Of a stretch of 64,000 bases of DNA, positions 11,531 through 23,165 are shown piece by piece. A program made the translations under genes and the position numbers. The notes below the pieces were generated by a model that was not told where the DNA came from, did not search any database, and saw nothing but the letters and a program-made list of their open reading frames with translations. Numbering within the stretch: position 1 is the first letter of the stretch; every line of letters begins with the position of its first letter. Source of the stretch: Gavia stellata (Eukaryota); the NCBI RefSeq assembly GCF_030936135.1, contig NC_082594.1:19586879-19650878 (forward strand). Reading direction: 5' to 3'.

Positions 11531-12428
11531 TGGGATAGCTAAACAATAAATGCAGATACCATCAGCATACAGTGCTAAATGTGGCTCATGATCCTCTTCC
11601 ATTGTTTGGCTCAAAGAAAAGCAGATGTGGTCTTAAAACTGAGATAATGTGATTGTCAGCAGGAAGAGAAAAACTCCAGAAAGGAGAGTCTTTCACTTGA
11701 GTGTTGCTGTGATTGACTTTCATCATTTCATCGCAGGCCAGAAATAAAATAACCCCTTTGGAGTCTCCTTCCCGCTGTCTGTTCTGCGCCTTTACTCCCT
11801 CCCATTACAAAGGAAATTCTCAATTTTTACTTTTTATTATTATTATTTTGTTGTGATGGGAGAATTCTAAGACCCTTAAAACAATCTGTGCTCCTCTCAA
11901 TATTTTTTTTTTGTTTGTATAAAATAATTTCATCAAAGTTCCCTTTCCTGATAAACTTGCTATATTTATATGTAGGCTGTTTAAGGCAATTTGTTTGCAG
12001 AAGAGATTATAAAAGCTTTTCTGTCCAAAACAATGTGGTATTGTTTCTCTTCTATCCTCTGCAAGGCTTAACAAGTGTGGGGAATTCACATTTTCTGTAA
12101 AGAAAATGATAACACACTTGTGGCTTCCTCAGTCACTTCAGTCCAAGACCTCTTCATAATTTGGCTACCTCCATGAACCTCAGTTTTGACCTTCACTGGT
12201 TTTTTTTAAAGGTTTTATTAGTATCTGATGTGCAGCTGTACATACTTTCTAATTGGCAGTCTATAGTGACTTATTCCAGATAGTTGTTTTGCTGTGCAGA
12301 TACAAAGAATAGGGGCTTGATTTCCAGTAACTTACTGGAACGAGTTTAGCCATGTGTGGATAAACATATAAATGTGTTTATCAAGTCACTCTTATTTAAT
12401 CTTAGGAGTTAGATCATAATTTTAAAAA

Positions 12429-12451
12429 GGGGGGGGGGGGGGGGGGGCGGG
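12429..12451 (+). repeat. Homopolymer G tract (19 G, then C, then GGG), intronic
   Basis: aaaaaggggggggggggggggggggcgggaaag. Confidence 0.9.
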
Positions 12452-13347
12452 AAAGAATCTTGGCACCGAATTCCTTTCTGTGTGATTCTTGTGGGGTTCT
12501 TGTTGCGGGGGCAGGCAGGTTTATTTATTTATGGAAGATTATGGATTGAAAGCACGGGTGAAAGTTCAGAGCTGAGAAATTTCAGAAGTTAACTTCTGAA
12601 AGGCCTCATGAAGATAGAAATTTATATCTCTGTGCCTTTTCCCAATTTGTCTGAGTGAAGTGTTTGAAAACAAGCAGCCAAGAGCATGTGTTTGCATTCT
12701 GCAAAGTAAAGCTTTCTTTAGACTTCCCTGTACTTTTGTCAAGTCTTCAGCTGACATGCCCTGAAATTCTTGCTGTAAGTAACATTGAACAGCCTTGGAC
12801 ACATAGGCAGTTGCTAACAGTGACTGTAACATAGCTAAATAACAATTTGGGGTGAATTCTGTTAATTTACTGCACACCTGAAGTACTGTTTGAACTGAGA
12901 TTCCTAGAAACAGACACTTGCAAGTGTTACTTCAGTGATTCTGAATACTTCCGCAGAAACCCATTTATTCAGGTAAATAATTGCAAGAAAGTTTATAGTT
13001 ACTGAACTCCAGCAGATTAGATGTTTTCACAGAACTTTTGGAGTTCGTTTTATCTAATTTTCTTTTCCTAATTAAGTCCATTTGGTAACCCTCAGTGTTG
13101 CTGCTTCTGTGGGATCAGGTGTGTAGTGTTGCCTGTGTAAAGATAAAATATTTTATGTAGTGTGATCCTGAGTTTCGAGTTGTGTTAACATTCACAGACC
13201 AAATACCTAAACTTGTTTTCTGAATTGTAACTGATTTTGGATTTTAATTAATTTCTGCAGTTATCCTTACTCCAATGTTTTATGCTCTGTTCTAACGGGG
13301 GATTTGTCATTGTTGTCCATCCTTCTATCTTCTCACTTTCTGCACAG

Positions 13348-13502
13348 GCTTGTAAAAGAGGGAATTCTGATATAGTGCGGCTTATGATTGAAAGTGGAGC
13401 AGATTGTAACATTTTGTCAAAACATCAGAACAGTGCACTGCATTTTGCTAAACAATGTAATAACATACTGGTGTATGAGCAGCTCAAGAGTCATTTGGAA
13501 AC
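13348..13502 (+). CDS. MPHOSPH8: MPHOSPH8 coding exon, ankyrin repeat
   Basis: Acceptor tctgcacAG at 13346-13347 and donor GTGAGT at 13503. It encodes ACKRGNSDIVRLMIESGADCNILSKHQNSALHFAKQCNNILVYEQLKSHLE(T) (human ACKRGNSDIVRLVIECGADCNILSKHQNSALHFAKQSNNVLVYDLLKNHLET). Confidence 0.92.
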
Positions 13503-14839
13503 GTGAGTAAACTGTACTTTGAAGTTTGTTCTGATAAAGTTTGCAGTACTGGGCACGTCATAATTTTGGTTTAAGTCAAGGGGAAGAGGGGGAGATTTCA
13601 GGAAAGAAAACAGATCTGGTTTGGGCAGAAAGCTAACTAATAAATCATGTGAAATGAAAATTATGTGAGCTAACAGAATCAGCAGACACGTGCTTAAACA
13701 CTGAGTAAAAAGATGGAAAGGAGGAAAAGGGAATTACTAGAAGTGAAAGATTCCTTAAACTAGAAATACAGCAATAGGGAAAACTAAAAAGTGTATAAGC
13801 ACAGTTGAATGTAAACTCTTGTTAGGGCATGCCAAATAAAATACCTTGCTAAAAAAAATTAGAAACAAACAACACCAAACAAAAGCACCAAGAAAAGTCA
13901 GTGCAGATAGTTCGGGCATTGTTGGACTGTTAAACGTCAGCTGTGAGCTGAGAGTGCCAGGGTAAAGTTTTCAAGCCAGTAGATGATGGAAATAAAAATC
14001 TTCATTGTGCCACAGAATGACTGAGGAGCAGTGCAGTGTATGTGGTATGTGAAGCGTTCATGTCATATGGTCATGTAAAATATACTGAGCTGATGAATAA
14101 GGATGCTAAATGGAGACAAAGTAAACATAAAGAGAAGGAGCAAGCTCTTTAACTATCAGTTTAGCAGAATACTGATATTTAACGTATAGGGCAGAAAATC
14201 GTAACCAACAATCTCTAAACTTGGAGAAGACTCAAGGAGGGTCTCAGAGCTTCTGCAGTAGGTGAGATTTTGCCATGAATGCGTAGTTAGTGCTGGAAGA
14301 ACACTGTCTCAGTGCAAGATCCTTCTATTGGTTTATGATTATTCTATCCTAATTATTTATCTATATAATATAAGACAGTCTATCAAGCAGTTTGTAGTCA
14401 AAGCTCATTCTCTTCTATTTTAGTGTTTAGAAAGCCCTGGCTGTTTTCTCTCTGATGTCTTGTGTTTCCCATCAGCTAACATCCTAAATCTGTCTTGACA
14501 GAAACTGCCTTGTAATGGTTACTGATACATGCTGTAGTACTACCAATATTCTTATTCGATTTTAAATAGTTATTAGTGCTCTTTCCTTTAGAATGTTATT
14601 AAATACTAAGTCTAAAAAGTAAAATCTATGAGCAAAGAATCCCATATGATCATTGCAGTGGTGGTCACAATGGAGATTAGGGACCCCTTCTTTAAGGCAG
14701 AGAAATTTGTGGGACATTTGCAAAGTGAAATGTGAGGTAAAAAATGTTTTAGTGCAAACCAGTAAAATACAAATAAATACATTTCCAGGGCAAGGTTGTA
14801 TTTGCCTATGAACTCTAAAGGAACTCAGTTACGAAATTA

Positions 14840-15800
14840 CAGAATCATAGCAACACAGAATGGTTGGGGTTGGAAGGGACCTCTGAAGGTCATCTTGTCC
14901 AAGCCCCCTGCTCAAGCAGGGCCACCTAGAGCTGGTTGCCCAGGACCCTGTCCAGACAGTTTTTGAATATCTCCAAGGATAGAGACCTCATAACCTCTCT
15001 GGGCAACCTGTGCCAGTGCTCTGTCACCCTCACAGTAAAAATGTGTTTCCTGATGTTCAGAGGGAACCTCTTGTCTTTCAGTTTGTGCCCATAGTCCCTT
15101 GTCCAGTCACTGGGCACCACTGGAAAGAGCCTGCCTCCATCCTCTTTGTACCCTCACTTCAGGTATTTATTGCTATATATACATTGATGAGCCTTCTCTT
15201 CTCCAGGCTGAAGAGTCTCTGCTCTCTCAACCTTTTCTCTTAGGAGAGATGCTCCAATCCCTTCATCATCTTCACGGCCCTTCATTGGGCTCTTTCCGGT
15301 ATGTCCATGTCTCTCCTGTAGTGAGGAGCCTGGAACTGGACATAGTACTCCAGGTGTCCTCCCTTGACCTACTGGCCATACTTTGCCTAATGTGGCTCCA
15401 CATACCATTGGCCACCTTTGCAGCAAAGCCACATCGTTGGCTCATGTTCAGCCTGGTGTCCACCATGTCCTTTTCTGCCAAGCTGCTTTCCAGCTGGGTG
15501 ACTCCCACTGTGTCCTGGTGCCTGGGGTTGTTCCTCCCCAGGTGGAGGACTGCACTTCTCTTTCTTGAAGTTCATGAGGTTGCTGTTGGCCCGTTTCTTC
15601 AGCCTGTCCAGGTCCCTCTGGATGACAGCATGACCCCCTGGTGTTACCAGTCACTCCTCCCAGTTTTGTCTCATCTGCAAACTTGCAGAGGGTACACTCT
15701 GTCTCATCATCCAGACTATTAATGAAGATGTTAAACAGGACTGGACCCAGTATGGACCCTGGGGGTACACCAGTAGTGACTGGCTTCCAGCTAGACTTTG
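14840..15800 (-). mobile_element. CR1 LINE 3' fragment, antisense to MPHOSPH8 (intron between exons 13348-13502 and 17933-18087)
   Basis: The plus strand reads acagaatcatagcaacacagaatggttggggttggaagggacctctgaaggtcatcttgtccaag, the reverse complement of the CR1 3' end. Minus ORF 14926..15120 is VPSDWTRDYGHKLKDKRFPLNIRKHIFTVRVTEHWHRLPREV. The upstream RT frames carry multiple frameshifts. Confidence 0.85.
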
Positions 15801-17932
15801 TGCTACTGATTTTTGCTGAACTAATATGTTCTGATCCAGTTTCATACTGGGAGTAAAGTATTGTGATGCTAGTATTTTTAGTGTTCTGTAAAGCTTGTCT
15901 GAGGTGTTGTAGATCACTGCATCTAACTTCTGTCCTGAGCAGATAGAAGCTATAAAGAATGTTTTCTTCTTATAGCAGGCTAAACGGAACAAAAAAGTGC
16001 TAAAACCATAAAAACTAATAATAATTTTTCAAACATAGAAAACTTGTTAAAGTGAGCAGGGGCAGTTGAAGTGGATAAATGGAGTATGCTGATTCTTCCC
16101 CAGGGAAGGAAATAATGACTTGTGAGTTAAGGTTTTGAAGGCAACAGCAAGCATTCAGATAGAAGTGATCTGGTACCTGCTGTTCAGTGTATTGAAACTT
16201 TGTCACTCATTCACTATTTGATGCCTTTTCCAGTTTGTTTACTATTTAAAATCTGCCACCTTCAGTTTTGGCTAATCTGAATCATGAGTTTTGGAAGTTC
16301 TTGAACATGTAATTTTGCCAGTGAAATGGCAGTTGAAATTAAATACTGATAAAGGCAAAGTGATGTCCATGGGGTATCACTGTAATAATGTGAATTATAC
16401 AGGGAGTAACACAGCTTTTTCCAGTTGAGGAAGCTTCTAGACTCATTACCTGAAAATACCAGTTCAGTGCTTCTTGTCAGTCAAGAGGGAAGATAATACA
16501 GTAGTAATAGAACTGAAAATAAAATGTAAATCCATGGTGTCCGAATGCCTTAAATAGCACAGTGCCATTCCAGTTACCTTGTTTCAAAAACAGATGAAGC
16601 AAAAAAGAAAAGTAAAGATTATCAGAGATAACAGAGTAGCTTGTGTGAGGATAGACCAAGGGTGGTGATACATGTCACCTTGGGACAGATTACAAGGTCA
16701 AAATTTAAAATAAAATCAGAAAACAACAGCAACAAAAAATAACCCAAAGCCATGAGGCAAGTTCTGCAGGCCATCCTGTAAAATGATTTAGTGATAGGTT
16801 TGAAATGGAGGAATATTTTTGCACAGAAAAACTGAATTATGGATCTCGTTGCAGAATGCTGTGGTCACAAATGCATGGGATTTTAGAAGGGATTCAGTAG
16901 CTGTAAGGTGCGGTTTGGCTGCAGTGTCTAGTTTTGGATGCCTCTAAATCAGATTGCTGGAAACTAGGACAGTGTACCAAAAAAGACAACTTTTTAATTT
17001 CCCATATTTAATAGGGCTTTGTCTAGCATCTGGAAACTAGACTAGATGGGCTTCTGGGCTTGCTTTGGTATGGCAATTCTTGTGGTTTCTTTCCGATCAA
17101 ATACTTCAGTTTTAGATTCTGTAGATGGTAATCTCAGCTAGCATGGAGGAGAAGTGTGCTCTGAATAACAGCTTAAAAAGCTATAAAGCTGAGAGAATCA
17201 GGACCTTTGCCTTGCAAAAGTGTTTAAAAACCATTTGTGTCAAAACAGCTTTCTGAAGAGGATTACTTAGTAACCTGCTTGTAAAAGTGCCAAATAACTG
17301 TTGGTTAATGTGGTCTCTCTTTTGAAGGCTAGGCTGCTCGCTTAAATTAAACCCCCAACCCAAAAACCAAACAAAAAACCCTAATTTGGCTATTTAATGG
17401 TAGTGTTGCTACTTTCTCACTGCATTTTAGTAGAGTTAATTGGGAACTGCATTTTTCCAATAGTATTGCTAGTAAAATTATACAGTAACTTACTTATTTA
17501 TTTTGCCATTGTACTTGCAGTCAGGCTGATAAATCAGCCACGCTGGGGAAGTGGTTGTCTGTTTCTGTTTACCCACTAGGTACATATTGATGTTTCGGGG
17601 ACACCTTTCTACATAAAGAGCCTTCAAAATATGTGGCTAGTTGGAATTTTTTTTAATCTGCTACAGTGCATTTGTCTCAGCTTTTTATTTTTGTGGACCC
17701 GATAGATGAATTTCATGAACAGATCATGAGCTGATAAAATGTTTTATTAACAAAGTATTGGGACTTGGGGTTCATCTATGCATAAATGCTAGTGATGAAG
17801 GCATTCACTCCTGAAAATGGGGAATCCGAAAAGGTAATCTGGAACCCTTTTTTTGCATCCGCTTTTATTAAGTCTGTCTGGTAAAGTAATTTTACTATGT
17901 GAAGTACAGGCCTCACTTGTTCGGTCTTTTAG

Positions 17933-18087
17933 GCTCTCAAGAGTAGCAGAAGATACCATCAGGGATTATTTTGAAGCTCGTCTTGCTTTACTGGAGCCAG
18001 TCTTTCCAATTGCATGTCATCGTCTCTGTGAAGGGCCAGACTTTTCTACAGATTTTAACTATAAACCCCCCCCAAATGTGCCAGAAG
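17933..18087 (+). CDS. MPHOSPH8: MPHOSPH8 coding exon
   Basis: Acceptor cggtcttttAG at 17931-17932 and donor GTAGGG at 18088. It encodes (T)LSRVAEDTIRDYFEARLALLEPVFPIACHRLCEGPDFSTDFNYKPPPNVPE(G), closely matching the human LSRVAEETIKDYFEARLALLEPVFPIACHRLCEGPDFSTDFNYKPPQNIPEG. Confidence 0.92.
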
Positions 18088-18146
18088 GTAGGGGGTTTGT
18101 TGTTGTGGTGGGTTTTTTGTTGCTTGTTTTTTTTTTTTTTTTTTTA
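18088..18146 (+). repeat. G/T-rich low-complexity block ending in T20, immediately 3' of an MPHOSPH8 exon donor
   Basis: gtagggggtttgttgttgtggtgggttttttgttgcttgtttttttttttttttttttt. Confidence 0.8.
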
Positions 18147-19293
18147 AAGTAGAACACTGTGTTAAGAAACTGCCTTGTAAGTATGTCTTAAAGTATCTGC
18201 TATGTGAAATTATTTGTGTATGACATTATATTGCAGTATATTACATTAAGGATGCTCTGATTATGGAGTATGGGGAGAGGACCAATATTTTGAGGTATTG
18301 TGGGTGGGGTTTGTATGTATCTTCTTAATTTTTTTAGAGGTTTTTTTACTGCCACATACACAGCTTCTTTCTTCTGTTCATGGGTTACATTAGCTTTTGT
18401 GAGGGTTACATGAGCTAAGTGACAGGTATTACAGGAAAGGAGTGGTTTACCTTAGATTAAGATTTTTCAAAATTATTAATTCTAAGAGCATACTTAGAAA
18501 GTCTCGCAGTGGGTCATCTTGTTTTGTAGACAGTACCTAATGCACTGGTGTCTTGGAGTATAGTCATAGCACGATACTAATCCAGATACTAATCTCCGAT
18601 GCTGGCTTAGCTGACTCATTTTTATTCACCTTTTGAAATACATACTGATACTGATTTTTCTCGAAATAATACATTAATATGACTGAAATACTACTTAAAC
18701 TAAGGTTGAAAGTGGTTGTGTCTGCCTGGTTTTCTGGTTGTTAAAGAGTTGTGATATAAGTCTTCCAGTTCTTGATTACAGGTATCCTTTACAGAATTAA
18801 GAAACCTTATATAAGCTTATGTATTAAAATGAGGCATTTGTGGGTATTGAACATTGTTGCTTTTGAATTTCAGTGCAGTTCATAATCTGTAATTGAGTGG
18901 GCTTGGTTGTCCTTACCAAGAGAACAGACAACCCAAACCACATTAAATTCATAACTCTCTTTAGGTAAACCTAAGACCACAGAGGTAAACCGTACCAAGG
19001 ATTGCTGTATCTATTTCGCTTTCCAGTAGCCACATAAAATTATTTCTGCTGCCAAAAGACCTTAACTTAGTGACCAAGTCAGTTGTGTTCTGTGCTGGGA
19101 TCCACTGGCTTGGGAGGTTGGATTTCTTTTCTGCATGTTGGTTTGATACTCCATTGGTGTTTAATACATACTATATAATATTTATATTTTTATACATGCA
19201 TTTGTACTTGTCTTCAAATGTTCAGTGTATGCAGTTGTTCTAAATAATGGATCTCATTTCAAATTCATGTGACTGAATTCCCTTCCGTTTCAG

Positions 19294-19421
19294 GATCTGG
19301 AATTCTTCTCTTTGTTTTCCATGCAAATTTCTTCGGTAAAGAAGTCATTGCTCGGCTCTGTGGACCATGCAGTGTACAAGCTGTGGTTTTAAATGACAAA
19401 TTCCAGCTCCCTGTATTTTTG
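19294..19421 (+). CDS. MPHOSPH8: MPHOSPH8 coding exon
   Basis: Acceptor cttccgtttcAG at 19292-19293 and donor GTAAAT at 19422. It encodes (G)SGILLFVFHANFFGKEVIARLCGPCSVQAVVLNDKFQLPVFL (human SGILLFIFHANFLGKEVIARLCGPCSVQAVVLNDKFQLPVFL). Confidence 0.92.
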
Positions 19422-19680
19422 GTAAATCTTTTCATATAACTGATTGACTGTAAAACTGCTTTATAAAGTCTTTATAGAGCAGCCTGGGAAATCTTAGTGC
19501 CTTAATTTGGATTTTGAGTGTTGTGATGAAGCATTTTTTTTTATCCTGATAGGGTTTTTTTAAATGAAACTTAATTCTTCCTTGTATATGAGAGAACTAC
19601 AAACCTTGCATATACTAGACTCCATAAAAAAATTTCAAGGCATAAAAATTTATGCCTTAAAAGGCAGGGACATAGTGCTG

Positions 19681-19775
19681 GACCACCTGCTTCTAGGTGG
19701 CCCTACTTGAGCACTGGATGGTGCCTGGTTGGACCAGATGACCTCCAGAGGTCCCTTCCAACCTCAACCCTTCTG
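19681..19775 (+). mobile_element. Short CR1 3'-terminal fragment (intronic)
   Basis: ggtggccctacttgagcactggatggtgcctggttggaccagatgacctccagaggtcccttccaacctcaaccc matches the conserved CR1 3'UTR motif. Confidence 0.7.
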
Positions 19776-19994
19776 TTTCTATTTTTTGATATTTTTTTTT
19801 AAATGTATTAAATGCATCACTATGCATGCTCTTTCAAGTCTTCTTGTTTTCTCTGTGGTTGCACCAAAGTTTCTTTGCAGTATACACAACTTTCAGAAAA
19901 TGCATCTGTAAAATGTCTTGTTCTTTTAGTCTACTCGCATAGCACTTCAGCCATATCCTGCCATTAACTTTGTCCATTTTCTTTTTCCTTTTAG

Positions 19995-20078
19995 GATAGT
20001 CACTTTATTTATTCCTTCAGCCCTACTGCAGGCCTTAACAAGCTTTTTATACGGTTGGCAGAAGCTCCTACTGCCAAG
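19995..20078 (+). CDS. MPHOSPH8: MPHOSPH8 coding exon
   Basis: Acceptor tttccttttAG at 19993-19994 and donor GTACAA at 20079. It encodes DSHFIYSFSPTAGLNKLFIRLAEAPTAK (human DSHFVYSFSPVAGPNKLFIRLTEAPSAK). Confidence 0.9.
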
Positions 20079-21002
20079 GTACAAAATGCTCTCAAAATTA
20101 AATATGTATGTTAATTTGTTGTACAATAACTCCTCCACAGTCTAAATGCTTCTACTTGTATGTTGCAAACATAAAAGTAAGGACTTCCCACTGTCGCTTC
20201 ATCCCAGTTCCCATCAGTTACAGTTCCATCCTGTGACATTGCCAGAACTTAGGAACATTGCCGAGGGTGTTAGTTCTGTCATAATTAAATGGTTTTATGC
20301 TACAATCAGAATAATTCATGCACCAGGATAAGGTAATGTTACAGCTGAACATTTTCCCTATCTATATTGTGAATTTAATGACTAACAGATACATGGAGTG
20401 TCAGTCATTTTTGCATACAGATGTTTTTGCTTGTGTGTTTAGGAGAACTTGGAAGTATTTACTAGGATATGCAGTCTTTTTTAAATAGTCTGTGTAGTCT
20501 GGTGGATTTTCCAGGTGGTTTGGGCAGTAGTCCCACTACATGCTGCAAGATGAATAACAGATCCTGTTCTGGTAGCATTTATTTTATCCTTGGAAGATGC
20601 ACCAGTAAATTTTCTAGATCTTCACATTTAAAACTTAGACTCTTAAATGTTTTATTGTGCTCTTCTTTTCTCTTTTTTTTCCCTTTTTTTAACAAGGGAA
20701 AAAATTGAACTCATTCAGGTGGAAGTATATGTGTATGTCTAGTTCAGATTTGGGGTTAACTTTTTTAAACACCACCTAATGCAATAGTATTCTAGGTGAG
20801 TCCTTTTACAAGCCACTCATACTTTAGTAGGGCTGCTATAAACTGATTTTATTAAACACAGATGGTAAATTCCTCTTTTTTTCTTTCTCAGCTACTAGCA
20901 ATTGTGTGCCTTTTCTCACGCTTTTCTTATGTTAGAAGACGTGTTTAATGCAGTAGTTACATGTGAACAATCTTTGTATGAAACCTTTGTTTACTTTCAC
21001 AG

Positions 21003-21044
21003 GTAAAGCTGCTAATAGGCGCATACCGAGTGCAGTTGCAGTGA
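21003..21044 (+). CDS. MPHOSPH8: MPHOSPH8 terminal coding exon including TGA stop (21042-21044); the 3'UTR continues downstream but its end is not determinable
   Basis: Acceptor tttactttcacAG at 21001-21002. It encodes VKLLIGAYRVQLQ*, identical to the human MPP8 C-terminus. Confidence 0.9.
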   Translation, partial: VKLLIGAYRVQLQ

Positions 21045-23070
21045 CCTCACAGCTGCGAGCATGTTGAGTGGACTGACACTTTTTTGGATATACTTCTGAT
21101 TTCCTCTGTTTAGAGACTGACAAAGCAGTTTGGAACTTTTTGGCACCACACTCTTAAGACTAAGTTCCCATCTCACTGTCACTCTTTGGCAGTCACATAG
21201 GAAAGTGTGTGTTGGAGAGCAGTTGAATACGCTGCGCTGGTGGGACAGGGTTGTCAGCTTTTTTTACTTTGTACAGATGTAGATGTAAGTATTTGTGCCA
21301 ATACATATAATTCTGTTTTTCTTTAACTTGTGGAGTCCAGACTGCGTATTTCAGCTTTTCCACAATGTGGAATGGTGCATATAAGAACTATTTAAGGTAA
21401 CTACGTGAAATGTCTTTTTTAATAGAAAGACCTTTTCCATTTGTAAACTAAAATTTTTTACTTACTCTAACTGTAACGTTTCTATGTAAAATGCAGAACT
21501 GTCATATTCTTGGAGCCATGGGCAGAAATTATACTTCAAAGTCACTGCATTAGATTTAACTTTGAATTGCTGAGGGCTGTGTTCTGGTTTGAAGCTTTTC
21601 CTGCTACTGTCTCCCGATGAGAAAGCAGTTACGCTTAGAGTGATTCCCTTTGAACAAACACAGTTAGGTCTGCAGGTATAAACAAAAACATCTGAACAGG
21701 CTCAATTCATAGAGGCTCACAATCGGATTCCTAGTTATATCAGCATTTTAAAGCTACTTTTGTATTAGAGAAGCAACTGATAGTTTTATAGACATCTTAA
21801 CTTTTGAGTTCTTAGTCAAGTGACATATGGGAAAACAAATACAAGGTGAAAATAGCAAACCAGAAAACTACCTTGAATGTGCAGGCAATGCTTTTTGTAG
21901 ACAAGATAGATAGATAGAGGATTTCAGATGTTCTCAGCCTGACAGATGAGAACATGTATTGTCCTTTAATTCAGAAATTCAGTTCCTCAGTGCAAAGAGC
22001 TGCTATCTTTTTATTATTATTACTATTTAAATGACCCATTTTATCAGATGACAGCAGTTCTGTAATGGTCCTGTGCTATAAAATACAAATGTCATACTTC
22101 TGCACGAAGTATCGAATATTCTTCTTTCTTTCTTTGTAAATTAACCAACATCTTGAAAAGTAAAAAAAAAAAAAAGGAAAGAAAAAAAAAAATCCAGATT
22201 GTGCCTTTGCTGTTCTGGTTCTCACATGTAGTTTACATGCCGCTATGTGCCTATATTGTTAGCAAAACTATTGTGGATAAATTCTTAATGTATTTGAGTG
22301 CTCACCATTAAAATGGTGCAGCTCTATTAAGTATCCTTTTAAGAACTGTGACTTTTTAATATAAAGTTCAATTAACCTGTTTTGAATTTTTGGTTCTTGA
22401 AAGTTTAAAACTTTCATATCTAAGAGATGCCAAATGAGTAAGTAACAAAGCACACTATTTCAATTTTGTGGAATGTCACATTAAGCTATATAAAACTAGA
22501 ACAGCAGCATGACATACAAATACTCATTTCTGTTTTGATTTAGAACAGTTGTCTTTTTGCAAACAGTATTGATGAGATGTTAACAAGTCTGGGTTTTGAA
22601 CAGACTTGGTACCTCCACCTCTCTGAAATATGTCAGATAGATACCTCATTTTGCAAAGTGTGAACACCTGAAATGCATGAAAAGCACTGGCTGAGAATCA
22701 GATATGTCACTACCTGCACTTGGGACTTTGTGTAGCTGCATTTCTTTTTAATCACTGTGCATAACCCTGGAAGATGAACAAGGAAAGGGGACGTGTGTGT
22801 TCATTATGCTGGAGTGACAGTTTTCATGTATGCGGCTACCCCTTCCTCAGTTACTCCTGCATTGTACACCTAGCAGTACAGTGCGGGTGCGATAAGCTTG
22901 GTATGGCACATGTCAGTGGGAAATGTTTGAGCTGTTCAAGGTGGGGGGCAAAAGGTTTTTGAACAAATGTCCATATAATACAGATGCTATTTAGAAACTG
23001 TTGTACAGTCTAACCTAAAAATGTCTAGTAATGCTCCAAGAGTTGACATAGCAAGTAGTTTGTCAAAGGC

Positions 23071-23165
23071 TGTTGATTTTGGGGGTTTGTTTTGTTTGGG
23101 GATTTTGTGTTTGGTTTTGGTCTGTTTTTTTTTTTTTTCTTGAGGTGTTTGGGAGAGAGGGAGGA
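23071..23165 (+). repeat. G/T-rich low-complexity block (GGGGTTTG/TTTGG units + T16), about 2 kb downstream of the MPHOSPH8 stop
   Basis: tgttgattttgggggtttgttttgtttggggattttgtgtttggttttggtctgtttttttttttttttcttgaggtgtttgggagagagggagg. Confidence 0.8.

Noticed and set aside
15099-15722. 207-aa + strand ORF (the longest in the track besides the exon read-through)
   Set aside because: It lies entirely inside the minus-oriented CR1 fragment 14840-15800. It is an antisense or out-of-frame reading of LINE sequence with low-complexity L/S/P composition, not a gene.
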